Shown one piece after another: positions 49,767-64,000 of a DNA stretch of 64,000 bases. The notes beneath the pieces were generated by a model that did no database searches, was not told the origin of the DNA, and worked only from the letters and a program-made list of their open reading frames with translations. Position numbers and translations under genes: made by a program. Source of the DNA: the human T2T-CHM13v2.0 reference genome, Homo sapiens; NCBI RefSeq assembly GCF_009914755.1, contig NC_060936.1; one strand, 5' to 3'. Position 1 is the first letter of the stretch. Each line of letters starts with the position of its first letter.

Positions 49767-50047
49767 CCTATCAACATTTAAAATAGGGTCATATATCTCT
49801 TGATATTCTCTCTTTGCTAAATGAAGTAGAGGATTTCTTCAGAGAAATGAAATAAGGGAAAAACAGTAAGAGTTTGATACAATTGAGAGGATAGTTGCCT
49901 TTTAGAGGATACAAATTTTAGTTTTATAAAAGTCTGATTAAGATAGAGCAGTTATCTTTTCTTTGTTCACTCAGGCATTCATGCTCAAATATTTGTTGAA
50001 TAAATATATTGCTTACTATACATCAGACATATGGATTATACACACAC

Positions 50048-50364
50048 AGTCTCCAACTTACGATGGTTGGACTTACATCATAACCTTCATAAATTGGAGA
50101 GCCATCATGTTTTTCACTTTCAGTACAGTATTCAATAAATTGCATGAGATATCAAACACTTTATTATAACATAGGCTTTGTGTTAGATGATTTTTCCCAG
50201 CTGCAGGCTAATATCAGTGTCTGAGCACATTTAAGATAGGCTAGGCTAAGTTCTGATGTTCTATAGGTTAGGTATATTAAGTACATTTTCAATTTAGATT
50301 ATATTTTCTAACTTATGATGGGTTTATCAGGACACAACCCCATCATAAGTTAAGGAACATCTGT
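50048..50364. mobile_element. Tigger3/MER7-like TcMar-Tigger element
   Basis: Terminal inverted repeats cagtctccaacttacgatggtt and ccccatcataagttaaggaacatctg. Confidence 0.75.
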
Positions 50365-50881
50365 AGGGCTAAGTGAGATGGATAATGTCCCTGATCTCAT
50401 AGTGCTTATATCCTAATTGGGGAAGACGAATAACAACCAAAGCAAAAAGATAATTTCAGTTGGTGATAATGCAATTAATCTGGGGAAGGGTAATGTGATA
50501 GCATTATCAGAGTCTTTCTAAGGGTTCCCCACAATGCATTAGCAATAAACTAACAAACAGAAAAAAATAAAGAAAATGTTCATCCCGAGATTGTAATACA
50601 GTTTAATTATCTGTAACCTAATTAGCAGTTTCTGGGTATGAGTAAACACAATTCATGGTGTGGGCAGGGCTTTCCCATTTTGTGCTTTGAGTCTTAGCTT
50701 TGTTAACACTGAAACTGATCTGGTGGGGTAGATTTTTTTCCCCTACCTTATTAGCTTTTTAGGGAAGTAAAAATGGAATGTGCTAGCATTGGTGGTACAG
50801 GTACTTTGCTGGTCCACATGCAGTCTATTAACACCATTCCTAAGACACAGCCATTGATGTACTCAAAGAAAATGAGTTTGA

Positions 50882-52221
<1,340 letters not shown>

Positions 52222-52735
52222 GAAAATAAGTTTGAATTAAGAGAATCAAGGAACTAGATATTTTACAGTCCTACATTTCTGGAAGGCTTCACTTACTTAA
52301 TTTCTTCTGAAGAAAGGGCATTTTTCATAAGAGAATTAGAAAGACCACTCTTCTTTTGCATACATAGCATGGTTCTCTGTGATATCCCATGAATGTTCTG
52401 TTGAGACCCTTCCACATTCTTTTGAAATTAGCAATGATTTCCTTGAAAGAGGAAATTCTGTCTTAATTTCTTCGTTTATTTATCCTCTCACACAATATCC
52501 TGCCCATAGTACATGCTTAATAAATATTTGTTAAATAAGTGAATGTCAGATTAAGAGACCAGTGTCTACATTTGAAACCCAGCTCTGCAACCTACTAGCA
52601 GTGTGATCTTGGTCAAGTTACTTAATTACTCTCAACCACTACATTGTTACTTTAAAATTAATATTAAGTTTCCAAAATGGTGACTCTTGATAAATTAGAA
52701 TAGACACATAGCCATTGACAGCTAATGCTGGCAAC

Positions 52736-52737
<2 letters not shown>

Positions 52738-52787
<50 letters not shown>

Positions 52788-53053
52788 ATGTATACATATA
52801 TACATGTATATGTATATATATTAGTTATATTTGTATTATGTATTTTAATTAATTTCAATCATTTGTAGGCATACATATATGTGTATGTACATATGTATGT
52901 ATATATATGCACATGTGTATATATGCCTACAGATGTGTATATATACGCCTACATATATATACATGTATATACACACACGTGTATATATATGTGTGTATAT
53001 ATATATATATATACACACATATATATGTACACACACACACATATATATATGTG
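52738..53053. repeat. (GT)~23 followed by a long TA/CA/TG alternating purine-pyrimidine tract
   Basis: Read directly from the sequence. Confidence 0.92.
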
Positions 53054-55740
53054 CCTGCAAATGCAATCCTTCCCTCATAGAGGTTATTTGCCTTTAGATA
53101 AAATCTGGGAAAAGTGAAGATCATTACTGCTAGAATTCAATTTGAATATATTTTTACTTAAATACTGACTTTTTAAACTTTGCTTTCTTCTAAGACAAAT
53201 TTCTTAGTTGGCCAACAATAACTGGCAATGTCTAAGCATCTATGATAACTTATCAAGAGTCACCACTTTGAAAACTTAATAATATTAGTTTTAAAATAAT
53301 TATGTGGTGGTTGAAGTTTATTAGTGGAAATGAGGCAGGAGGACAGAGGAAAGAAACAGCAAACTTGATGTATTTTATGACCTAAAGGTCTAATGCCAGA
53401 AGAGCTAATCTTACAATGCCTGTTCATGAAAAACTCATTGAAAAGTCCCATGATATTAATAAGTTAAATGTCCTTACCTACAATGAATCCCAGTAGAAAT
53501 TTTACAATAAATTTGTCTTCAGTGAAAGGTACTAGGGTAGAGAAAGGAAAAAAATCACATAAATTAAGAGTTTTTGCCATTTTTTATGTTTGTCACATAT
53601 TTGTGGACTAAGTAGATGAGGAATTATTGATATAGAATTCAACAAAATTCAATGAGATATAATTTTAATTATAATTATAATTTTAGAGCATAAGATTTAT
53701 TTGGCAAAATGGGAACATATAGTGGTTGGGATGCACCAGTGTTTAAAAATGAATAATAATAAGATAATATTTTGGTTAGGACAATCAGCTTAACATCAAA
53801 AGCCATTTGTTTAGACTGTAATTTAACAGAAAATATAATGCTAATATTCAGTTTATATAATAATCCCTTTAAGTGGTAGAAATTATAGCCTTTAAGAGTC
53901 AAACCTCTTCTTTTTTAACTTCTAGGGAGAGCCTTATCTGCTCTCAAAAGGTCTTAAATAACCATCTGATCTTTCTAAATCTATATCAGTCCTAATTCTA
54001 GGGTGTCTCGTCCTTCAGCGAACATAAAAGTTTATAAATAGATTTAGAAATAGCAACAACAAGTGATTCCTCCTTCTAAAATGCATTGTTACCTTGGATA
54101 ACAAATAACTGAAAGATTTCCAACTACTTGCATTCCTTTCTGACCAGGCAATCTGAGGGCATGCTCTAGCCCCCAGCCATCCAAATAGCAACTCTATTTG
54201 GAATAAAATTAGATAGAAAATTATCACTGTAACCTTGCAAACACTGAGACTACCCCACAGAAGTAAGCTGATAAAAACATAAGATAAACAGCAGATCCTA
54301 AAGATATGCCAAAAATTTAAAAAAGTGTTTTTATCGTTGAACTCCAGCTGGATATAGGGTACAAGGTGGAGAATATGAAAACTGGTTACACATTCCATAC
54401 CACTCTAAACAGCTCAATGAAGATTCCTTGGGATTTATTATGACAGATACTGTTACACTTTCTTTAGCTCTCAACTTAAAAGCATATGTTTGGTTCAATC
54501 CCCACCCAGAATTACTGGGTTTATATCACTGTCAGGTAACCAATGTCTTCCCAGATAGTGGAATATGTTACTGAAAATATCTTTATTTGCCTTCACTCAC
54601 AGATTCACACACAGCGGGGGCTTAAATGATCCTTAGTCCTGGGAAAGTGGGTGATGAGGGGGTCAGGAACGGCGCAGGTAGAAAAATGTTCTCTTAGTGG
54701 AATGTAGTATTGGCTGTTCACCCAATTTCTGCAGATGACCTAAATAACAATTGCCTTAGAGATGCTGGTAATTTGAAATAAAAATTACAACCTCTATCCG
54801 ATGTTGGCTAGCATCTCTTGAACCATCTAGTCTTTTATTTATTCCATAAAAATATATCAAGTGCCTTCTCTGTTCCCCAAAGTGTACTGGGCCCTACAAA
54901 TACTGCATTTAATGAGACAGATGTTGTTCCTAACCTGCATATGAACTTGCAGTGTAGACGTGAAGGGAGACACTAAACTACAGTAAACTAAAAAGCAGCG
55001 CTAAACACATGTTTGCGGTCAAGTATTACATATGGGACGCACATAGTGCTATGGAAACCTGTTATAGGAATGTCCTTACTTCTTCCAACTGGTAGAAAAG
55101 GACACCAAAGTGATCCTCATCTGGGTATCCCAGTGCAAATGACTTAATTTCCTGGGCTTTGGTTTCCTTGGATAAAAGTAAGAGGAATTGGAATAAATGA
55201 TTTCTAAAGTCCCTTTCAGTGATAAGGTGCTGGAATCCTTTTCAAATCTTCCCAATCCCAAAAGCATATTCCAATGGCATATTCTCTGCAAGAATAATTT
55301 GAGGACTTGTTAATGACTAAGTGCAGACAATGGTTATGTCTTTGACCATCCCTAGAGTGCCAGCAGTGAAGCTTAATTTTAGAAACCTGGGATGCTCACT
55401 GACCTCTACTGGAAATACACTACGAAGAAAGTCCTTGTGGAATCCTGTAGGGTCTTACCATCTGTTTCACAAATGCCCCTTTTCTGTGTGCGTACCAAGC
55501 TGGGTAGGGGTACTATTCACTTCTGATTCATAGTGAGCTGTCACGTGCCCTAAAAGTGCTGTCTCAGAAGGTTGTATCCTCTCATTTTTCTCCCTTAAGT
55601 AATCAAGTAGATAAACAAAACCCCCAAATTATTCTTGTTAGCCTTTCATCACCAAAATAAGGGGAAGAGTCACATAAACAGAGAAATAGAAACCTGCTTA
55701 TGTTTTCCATGGTTTCTGAAGTAAAGATGCAAATGACTTC

Positions 55741-56160
55741 TGTAGTAGATGCTGTAGTATGGCTCTTTCAATACCTTTTCCAACCCTTCTCTTGTTTTCC
55801 TCTATTATTGATGCCAGAAAATGGAAATGCTTAACTCTCAGTCTCTTTCAGGTCGTGGTAGCTCAATTCTGGCCTATAAGATGTAGAGGAAGTCCCTAGA
55901 AACCAAAAAGGCTTCCTATTGCTTCGCTTTTCTCATTCTTCCCGTTTGGAACAGGCATGTGATGGCTGGAAATACAGCAACAATAATGAAACTGTGAGGA
56001 TGAAAGTCATGGTGAAGTTGATGGAACAGAAATAAAATGAACTTGGTTCTTTCATGACATATTAGAAAAGCCGCCTCAGCCTTGAACAATCTTCATTAAA
56101 CCTGATATTTAAATGTTTACTGGGTTTTTGTTTGTCACAATGAATGTAATTCTAACTGAT
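55741..56160 (+). mobile_element. Old MLT1-like LTR remnant
   Basis: tgtagtagatgctgt start, caattctggcctataagatgtagaggaagtc, ends attctaactgat. Confidence 0.45.
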
Positions 56161-57952
56161 CAACTTCTAATAATAATAATACTGATTGTATACAGAAAGC
56201 TCATATATAGAAACTTCAGGGTGGCCTTGGTGCAGTTGGAAGTAGCCTAAAATTAATCAGAATATCTTCATACTGGTTTAGGTTGTATAAAATCATCCTT
56301 GTTATTTCACAGTATTTTATCTTCTAGGTATAAGATTTTGATCAATAACTATTAGAATATACAAACTAAATGGAAAAGCTGCCAGTCCCTACATTTACTG
56401 ACAAGAAGACTAAAATACTTTTAATTTTGAGAAGCTCAGTGTTGTGACCACTCTGAATTCAATGGTGAGGTGATGTTCCCCATTCAGAGGGATAGAGTCT
56501 AAGGCTAAAATATTTGTTTTTAAAAATGCAAGGTTGTCTCAAGCTACATATCATGGGGCATATTAAACAAAAGTTCCCACTCTGCAGAAAACATCCCTCA
56601 GATATTTAAACGTTTTGGGAATGTGAGGGGTTGTGACTTATTACACAAAAAGTTTTGAAAATATCACCACTCTAGGCTCTAGAGTCAGCCTACCTGGCTA
56701 AAAACCTTTGTAAACCCTTACTGGCAGTACAATTTTAACAAGTTATGGAACTTCAGTAATGTTCAGTTTCCTCATTTGTAAAAAGGAGTTATAACAACAA
56801 TTACCTCCTAAAACTGCATCTACTGGATAATAGTTACATTTCCAGTAAATGCTATCAATTACAATTATTGTGGCAGAAGCTTTACCTTAAAGTTTGTTTA
56901 TGTTTCATTTTTGGTTGCTATTACCTTTCTTTACCTGTGTTTAGGTTATGTGGGTCTTATGGATAAAAAGTCATCAGCAGTGTTTTTTAATAGATGATAT
57001 GTAAGCCCACTAGAGTCCTTGGAGTCCTCAAAGCACCTTGAAGGCAAGAAACATTTTTGCCCAGTGTCCAGCACAGTGTTTGGCACATAGTAGGTGCTTA
57101 ACAAACATTTGTTAAATAAACAAGTAAGTGACTGCTATGAAAGGAGATAAAGAAAATCCCTTGGGCAACTCATTACTTTACATTTATAAGGGGCCAATAT
57201 AAATAATAAAATAAATAAAAGCTATATTTAGAGCATAAAGTACCCAATGTCTCTGTATACTAACTTCTGAACTCCTAGAACTTGTTTTTATCTACAGTGT
57301 TACTAGCATTTTGAAAAGATCTCAAATGCCTGGGCTTTCTTTGTTATTTATTAGTTTTGTTTGTTCTGTTCAAGTAGTATAGCAATTGTGGGGGAATTAA
57401 ATTGAAACCGTATGAACGATGTGTTAAAATCTAACATGTTCAAACAGGGGAAAGCAGAACCAGACAAGAAACAAATTTCAAGTCTCAAGAAGCCAATTTT
57501 GTATTTCTGCAGACCCCACATATAGAATATAGGCACTGTATTAATAATACATTAATGCTTTTGTCTTCTAAAGAGTGATTTGCTCAACAATAGGCCTTCC
57601 TCGGCAGTTTTATGCTGTAGTTGACTGGCATGTATTGTCCTTAAACACAAAAATATAACTATAAATAAAAATGTAAACTGATCAGAGAAGGGAACTCAAC
57701 ATATGCCCCTGATTTCCCTTAGGCATGCTTGGGGATACCCACACTCTTGCAAAGAGAGACAATAAAACAATGATTTCAGGTGCTGTCACTACAGAACAGG
57801 TAGAATCAAGAAATTCCTGAAGACACTGAACTGCAATTTTCTAAACTTCAGGTTAGATGAAAAGTTGATGTCTGCTACCTTGTTGATATTTGACACATTC
57901 TTGGGTACTATATCTGTTATGAATTCCATTAGTTTTGTTTGGTTACAAATAA

Positions 57953-58307
<355 letters not shown>

Positions 58308-58532
58308 GAAGATTATTTTCTTTCATGTAAAGTAGTCCAGAGATAAACAGTCCTAGATTGGTATAAACATATCAAATATTCTTAAATGTTTTCTCCAACT
58401 CATGCATTTTAACTAGAAATTTGGCAGACTTGAGCGATTCCATGTGATGGTGTTGCTATGTTTTGATTAAAATGAACTCTTACCTAATTCCAAAATGTAT
58501 ATTTCCCCTTAAATAACAAAGCATTGTCACAA

Positions 58533-58834
<302 letters not shown>

Positions 58835-59019
58835 TAGAATATTTTTAAAAAGCAATATAGAATGCTACATTGATTTAGGGACAAACATAACAGAAACATA
58901 AATATATTTAAAAAACAGTTTAAAAATGTGTTCATACATGCATGTGTGTGTGTGCATGACACGCGCGCATCCCAGGCTCACTAAATTGGAATTGACAAAG
59001 ACTTTTAAATATGTAAGCC

Positions 59020-59672
59020 TGTTAGAGTAAGTAGTTAGACAGACATGAGCAGGGCAGAAGAGGGTCCCCCCACCACCCAGGAATGCCAGGTGACCATCAG
59101 GTGATGGTCAGGTAGTTGTTAAACTGTCTCTCTAAAGTAATAATTGGTCACACCTGGTGCCAGGGAAAGGCAGTCTCCCAAAGATAAAAAACACCCGAAG
59201 TTGGTGGTGAGCAGCTTCCTAATAAGATCTGAGGAGTTGGGCAAGTGGGTTCAAGCATGCACACTAAGAGGCAAAATGGCAGAGTTTAACTCATGTATAA
59301 ACTTTCTCTAGGAACACGCGACTGATAAGGAAAAAAATGCCTCAAGAGAGCATGCGTACAACTTCAGTAAACACACTGTGCATGCAGCCCCTCCAAAATG
59401 CTGGCTGGCACATGTGGAATGCCAACATATAAAACCCCAAGTCAAAGGTAAAACTGGGCAGTTGAATCTCTCACGTTGCCCGCTTGACCCCCCTCCAAGT
59501 GTACTTTACTTCCTTTCGTTCCTGCCCTAAAACTTTTTAATAAACTTTCACTCCTGCTTTAAAACTTGCCTCAGTCTCTCCCTCTGCCTTATGCCCCTTG
59601 GTTGAATTATTTCTTCTGAGAGGGCAAGAAGTGAGGTTGTTGCAGACCTGTATGGATTCACTGCTGCCAACA
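59020..59672 (+). mobile_element. MER50-like ERV1 solo LTR
   Basis: TG...CA ends: tgttagagtaagtagttagacagacatgagcagggcag ... ctgctgccaaca; flanks agcc/atcc. Confidence 0.75.
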
Positions 59673-59741
59673 ATCCCATAATTTCTTTGTTAGAGTATCC
59701 AAATAGTATCCATGCAGGAGATATATTTTCCCACAAACATT

Positions 59742-60161
59742 TGTGAAAGGGAAATAAAAACTCAGGACCCCAATTCACTACGCCAAAAGGAAAAAATTAA
59801 ACTGAAAGTAGAGTCATACAAGAAGCTGCCTTTCCTTTTGTTCCTAAGCAAATAGCTACAGATAAACCGTTATGTTCACCTTATCTTATGTAATGTGCTG
59901 CCAGATGAATACATAATTGACTATTCCCCTACCTGCTCCTATTTTCTTGCAACACATGGGTTACCGTACCCACCCTTCTTTCCCTCCAGCCCACTTTTTC
60001 CCCTTTAAATACTGAAGCCTTCAAATTCATCTTTGGAGAAAGGCACAGACCACACATTATTTCTGTGATTCCATGTTTTCTTCTTCCAGGTATGTCCTTA
60101 ACCTTGGCAAAGTAAACTTCTAAATTGATTGAGACCTGTCTCAGATGCTTTTTGGTTTACA
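59742..60161 (+). mobile_element. MER4A-like ERV1 solo LTR
   Basis: tgtgaaagggaaataaa ... gagacctgtctcagatgctttttggtttaca; flanks catt/tatt. Confidence 0.75.
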
Positions 60162-61159
60162 TATTGTAGGTCTACAAAGTGCAAATTACCTGCATATTGT
60201 CTGAGACATAGTTCTTGCCCAAAAGGAGCCCCAAATCCATAAATATCGAACTCCAAAGACACATGCTATATTACGGGTGGTAGGTACTATTACAAAAGTA
60301 AACCTGAGAAGAGAGGAGGGAGTGAGGAAAACCAGGGTGGCTTGGAACTTTCTTTGCCAGGTGGTGTGAGAGAGACAAGGGCTGCACAGAAGGGGATCTG
60401 CAGGGCCTGAGAGTCTTGTACTACATGGCAGAGAACCATTTCAGCCCCATCAGCACCCTTGAGGCAGTTCTGCCACCCCCATAAACAGAAGCTCCTAAAC
60501 CTGGCTTAGGCGAGTGAATAGGAAAAGCCATCAGTGCTTAGCAGGCAGGCTCTTTAACATGCATTCATGTTGCTGGTCTGAATGTCAAACAAGGGACAGC
60601 AAGGTGTGACCCAGAGAGACAAAAATCACTGCACTGCCCCTGTTTAGGTCCTCTTCTGCATTCTCATTAAAACGAAAAATGTAAACTGAAATCTATCCAA
60701 GCATAAATTTCACTCAGTCATCCACAGCCCTGGGCTTTATGCCGAATTTGCTGATATCAATAAATTATATCTGTATCCTTCAACATTTTCAGTAATTCAA
60801 TTTATTAGGAGACCAGATTTATCCACCTCCAGTTTTCAGTTCTATCCAGTTCATGTTTGGTACCCAAATCATTTCAGAGAGAGCACTACGTGAAGATACA
60901 GGTGTATGCAAGGGCTGAAAACACAATTTGTTTCATCCTTCTAGGGATCAAAGTTATTTGCCAAGTATAGCGTTAACATTTGGGTGTCCAGCTTAAGGCA
61001 TAAGACTTTTCTTAAGAATAATTTTTTCATTGCTTCTCTAAAAAAAAAAATCCAATATAATGTTGACTAGAAGATATTGTGCAATGTTTTTACATATCCT
61101 CCAATTAATCAAATATATACACATGTGTATATTTATTTTAAATTGAATGCCTATTTAGA

Positions 61160-63960
61160 TTTTGTTTAGTTATGAAATATTTTAAGCATATGGAAAGCTA
61201 CAGAAACAAAAGTCATTTAGTACCCAGTATCTACAATAACGTTTTGTCATTTTTTTTTCAGAGTTCCTAACCTTTCAGGCCCAATTACTATCACTATCTT
61301 GAGGGTGGAGAGTGTCTCTCCCATGCATACTTTTATACTTTTATTACATATGCATGCCTCACAATATCATACAGTATTGTTTTATGTTGATTTTAATTGA
61401 TAAACATGGTATACTGAACATATTTTGCCACATGCTTTCTACTCTATTATTGAGATTTGTACATCATAGTACACACAGCTCTCATTCATTTTAACTTCTA
61501 ACATGATATAAATATACTCTTATTTTGTATTGTTTACAGATACTTTTAATTATTGTTTTTGCTACTGTAATGAAACCAATGAACTTTTCTGTACATGTAT
61601 TCTGCAATGTGTAATAATTTATCTGGAAAATACACTTAGAAATTAAGCAACTGGATCTTAGTTGAATATTCATCTTTCATAAATATTGCCAATTTTTGCT
61701 GTAAATAAATATTCTCTTTTCTCCACGTCCTCACCAACATTCAGTTTTTAGCCTTCAAATTGTATCAGTCTGATAATCACAGAATGGTATCATATTGTAT
61801 TGCAAACAACTCCATCTAGTATGTAGTTTTTCTTTTTATTTTGTATGGTTTTCTTTGATGAATAGACATTAAAAATTTTCATAACTCCAATTTGTAAATA
61901 TCTTTTTTATGATTTGATGTTTATGTATCTTGTTCAAATTTTTTCCTCTTCACAAACTATGATCATAAAATATTCTCATTTTTCCTAAGGCTATCAAGAA
62001 TTTATTTTTACATATTTTTACATTTTGTCCCTTCAAATCGATTTTTGTGCATAGTGTAAAGTGGGAATCAAACTGTATTATTTCCAAATAAAAAAACCAA
62101 TTGTCTCAGGACTATTGATTAAATTGTCCTTCCCTATGGTCTTGCAATGCTTCCTCAGTCATAGATTAAGCTTCCATATATGGGCTTTCTAGTCTGTTTC
62201 ACTGGTTTACTTACTTATTCCCATACTAACACTATGCTTTTTAAAAATAATACATACTGAAATCTAGTACTGAGATTTTCTGCATCTTGTCTTTTTTAAA
62301 AATTGCATAAGAAATTCTTGCTCCTTTGCTTTTTAATTAAATGTTTAAAATCAGTTCTGAAGTTACACACATACATACACGTCTTTGGGATGTTGGGATT
62401 GAGATTTGGTGTTGGGATTTGACTGTGTGATCACAGTGAATTTAACATTAATCTGGCAAGAATTGACATGATACCGAGTTTTTCTATCCATAAACATGAT
62501 GTCGTCTTTCTGCTTATTTAAGCCTTCTTAAATGTCTTTCCATTATGTTTCATATACTTCTGCCCATTTTTATTAATAGATGTATTCCTAGGCCCCTAAC
62601 AACTTTGTTCTTATATTAAATGATGTCTTGTACAATTACATTTTCTGCTATGGTAGACAATTAGGAATGTAATTGTTTGACTTTTATATATCAATATTAT
62701 ATGTAGCAAGCATTCAGGACATTCATTAATTCTATTAATTTGTCTACAGATTTTCATGAGATTTTTACGTAATTACAGAGTCTCTGTATCATGATAGTTT
62801 TTTCTTTCTTTCAAGTCCTTAAGCTTTTATTACTTTTTCTTGTCATACTGCCCCAAACACTCAATATAATGTTGACTAGAAATATCAAACATTGTTTTTA
62901 AATATCCACAAATTAATAAAATAAAACACATACATACATACATATTTGTTTATTTTTATGTCAGAGCCTATTTAGTCCTAATTACATGTTATACATTTCT
63001 TTGCTCACTACTGCCACTCTCTCTATGGATCCAGTTCCTTTCCTCCTGAAATATATCTGTTTTTTTTAATTCTTACCTAAAGAAATTTCTTTGTGTATAG
63101 AATTCTAGGTTCACATCTTTTTCAGCATGTTATGGATACTATTCACTTGTCTTCCTGCCTTTATTGTTGCTGATTACAACATGGCTATTGATCTAATAAT
63201 TCTTTCTCTGTAGGTAATCTTTGATTTTTCATCTTGCTGCTTTTAAAATGTTCTCTTTGTCTTTAACATTTCGTAGTTTTACCACAATGTGTCTATATGT
63301 GTATTCTGTTTTCCTTATTCTACTTAGCACCTGTGTGTTTTCAGTCTGTAACCTCATGTATTTTCATTAGTACTAAAAATCTTCACCTGTTGTCTCCTTA
63401 TATATTATCTCTTCCCCACTCTTTCTTTTCTCTCTTTGAAATTCTCATTAGAGTTTTATCTTATTCTGTACCCCAATTCTCTTAACCACTTTTTGATATT
63501 GTGTTTATGCTTCATTCGAAGCCTTTTCCTTAGAGGTTTCTTTTAATTCACTATTTCCCTTTTTAGCTGTTTCATTTCTATACATTTTATTTGATTCTTT
63601 TTCGTATTTATCTGTTCTATTTTCAGTATCCTATTCTTCTTGGTTTCTAGTTCTTTTATCTCTTAAATACATTAAACGTATTTATTTTATAGTCTTTTTC
63701 AGATTGTTCTATTAGCCAAGCTCTTATACAGTATTAATCCTCCAAATGGTTATCTCCACTAACTTTACCTAATAAATGTTCTTTGTGTAGTCAGTAACGT
63801 TTTTAAAATTGTGAGCTAATTTTTAGTTGAAGATTATTTTTCTAGTGTGGGATTCCCAAGCATCCTATTTTTTGAACTATTGGTACAAAGCATTTTTATA
63901 TTTGCTTCTGCTGGTTACCTCAAGGTACTTATTGTTTAACAATGTCTAGAATCACACTGT
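61160..63960 (-). mobile_element. Ancient L1M(E) fragments
   Basis: Degenerate antisense L1 motifs (ttttctccacgtcctcaccaaca, gaattgacat...tatccataaacatg, tatagaattctaggtt); boundaries approximate. Confidence 0.55.
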
Positions 63961-64000
63961 TGGTTATTTCTCAATTAAGGAATTCTACACAAAACTAGTA

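Noticed and set aside
52845-53124. Several overlapping Tyr/Ile/Cys/His-rich ORFs
   Set aside because: Translations of dinucleotide low-complexity repeat
54015-54398. 127-aa minus-strand ORF
   Set aside because: No recognisable homology or exon structure; compatible with a chance ORF

Overview
Primate (very likely human) genomic DNA containing two complete, convergent protein-coding genes and a repeat-rich intergenic region. GLIPR1 (RTVP-1, CAP/SCP family) is on the + strand: 6 coding exons, 1569..19670, 801 nt, 266 aa. KRR1 (KH-domain SSU processome factor) is on the - strand: 10 coding exons, 32284..20501, 1146 nt, 381 aa. The stop codons are 830 bp apart, and poly(A)-signal positions imply overlapping antisense 3' ends. 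The best finding is a 71-nt cassette exon (8438..8508) formed at the edge of an antisense MER41-type LTR in GLIPR1 intron 2. Including it shifts exons 3-6 into a second, fully open reading frame that stops in the last exon, so the transcript should escape NMD, and again gives exactly 266 aa with a new 126-aa C-terminus. Other notable items: an antisense HERV-H LTR7 solo LTR, young AluYa5 and AluYg6 insertions, a microhomology-fused inverted Alu hairpin, a full-length L1PA nested in an older L1 tail with both TSDs readable, a twin-primed inverted L1PB, templated-inversion scars, CTCF motifs and a ZNF143/ETS/YY1 KRR1 promoter. Repeat subfamily calls come from recalled consensus features, not from a database search.
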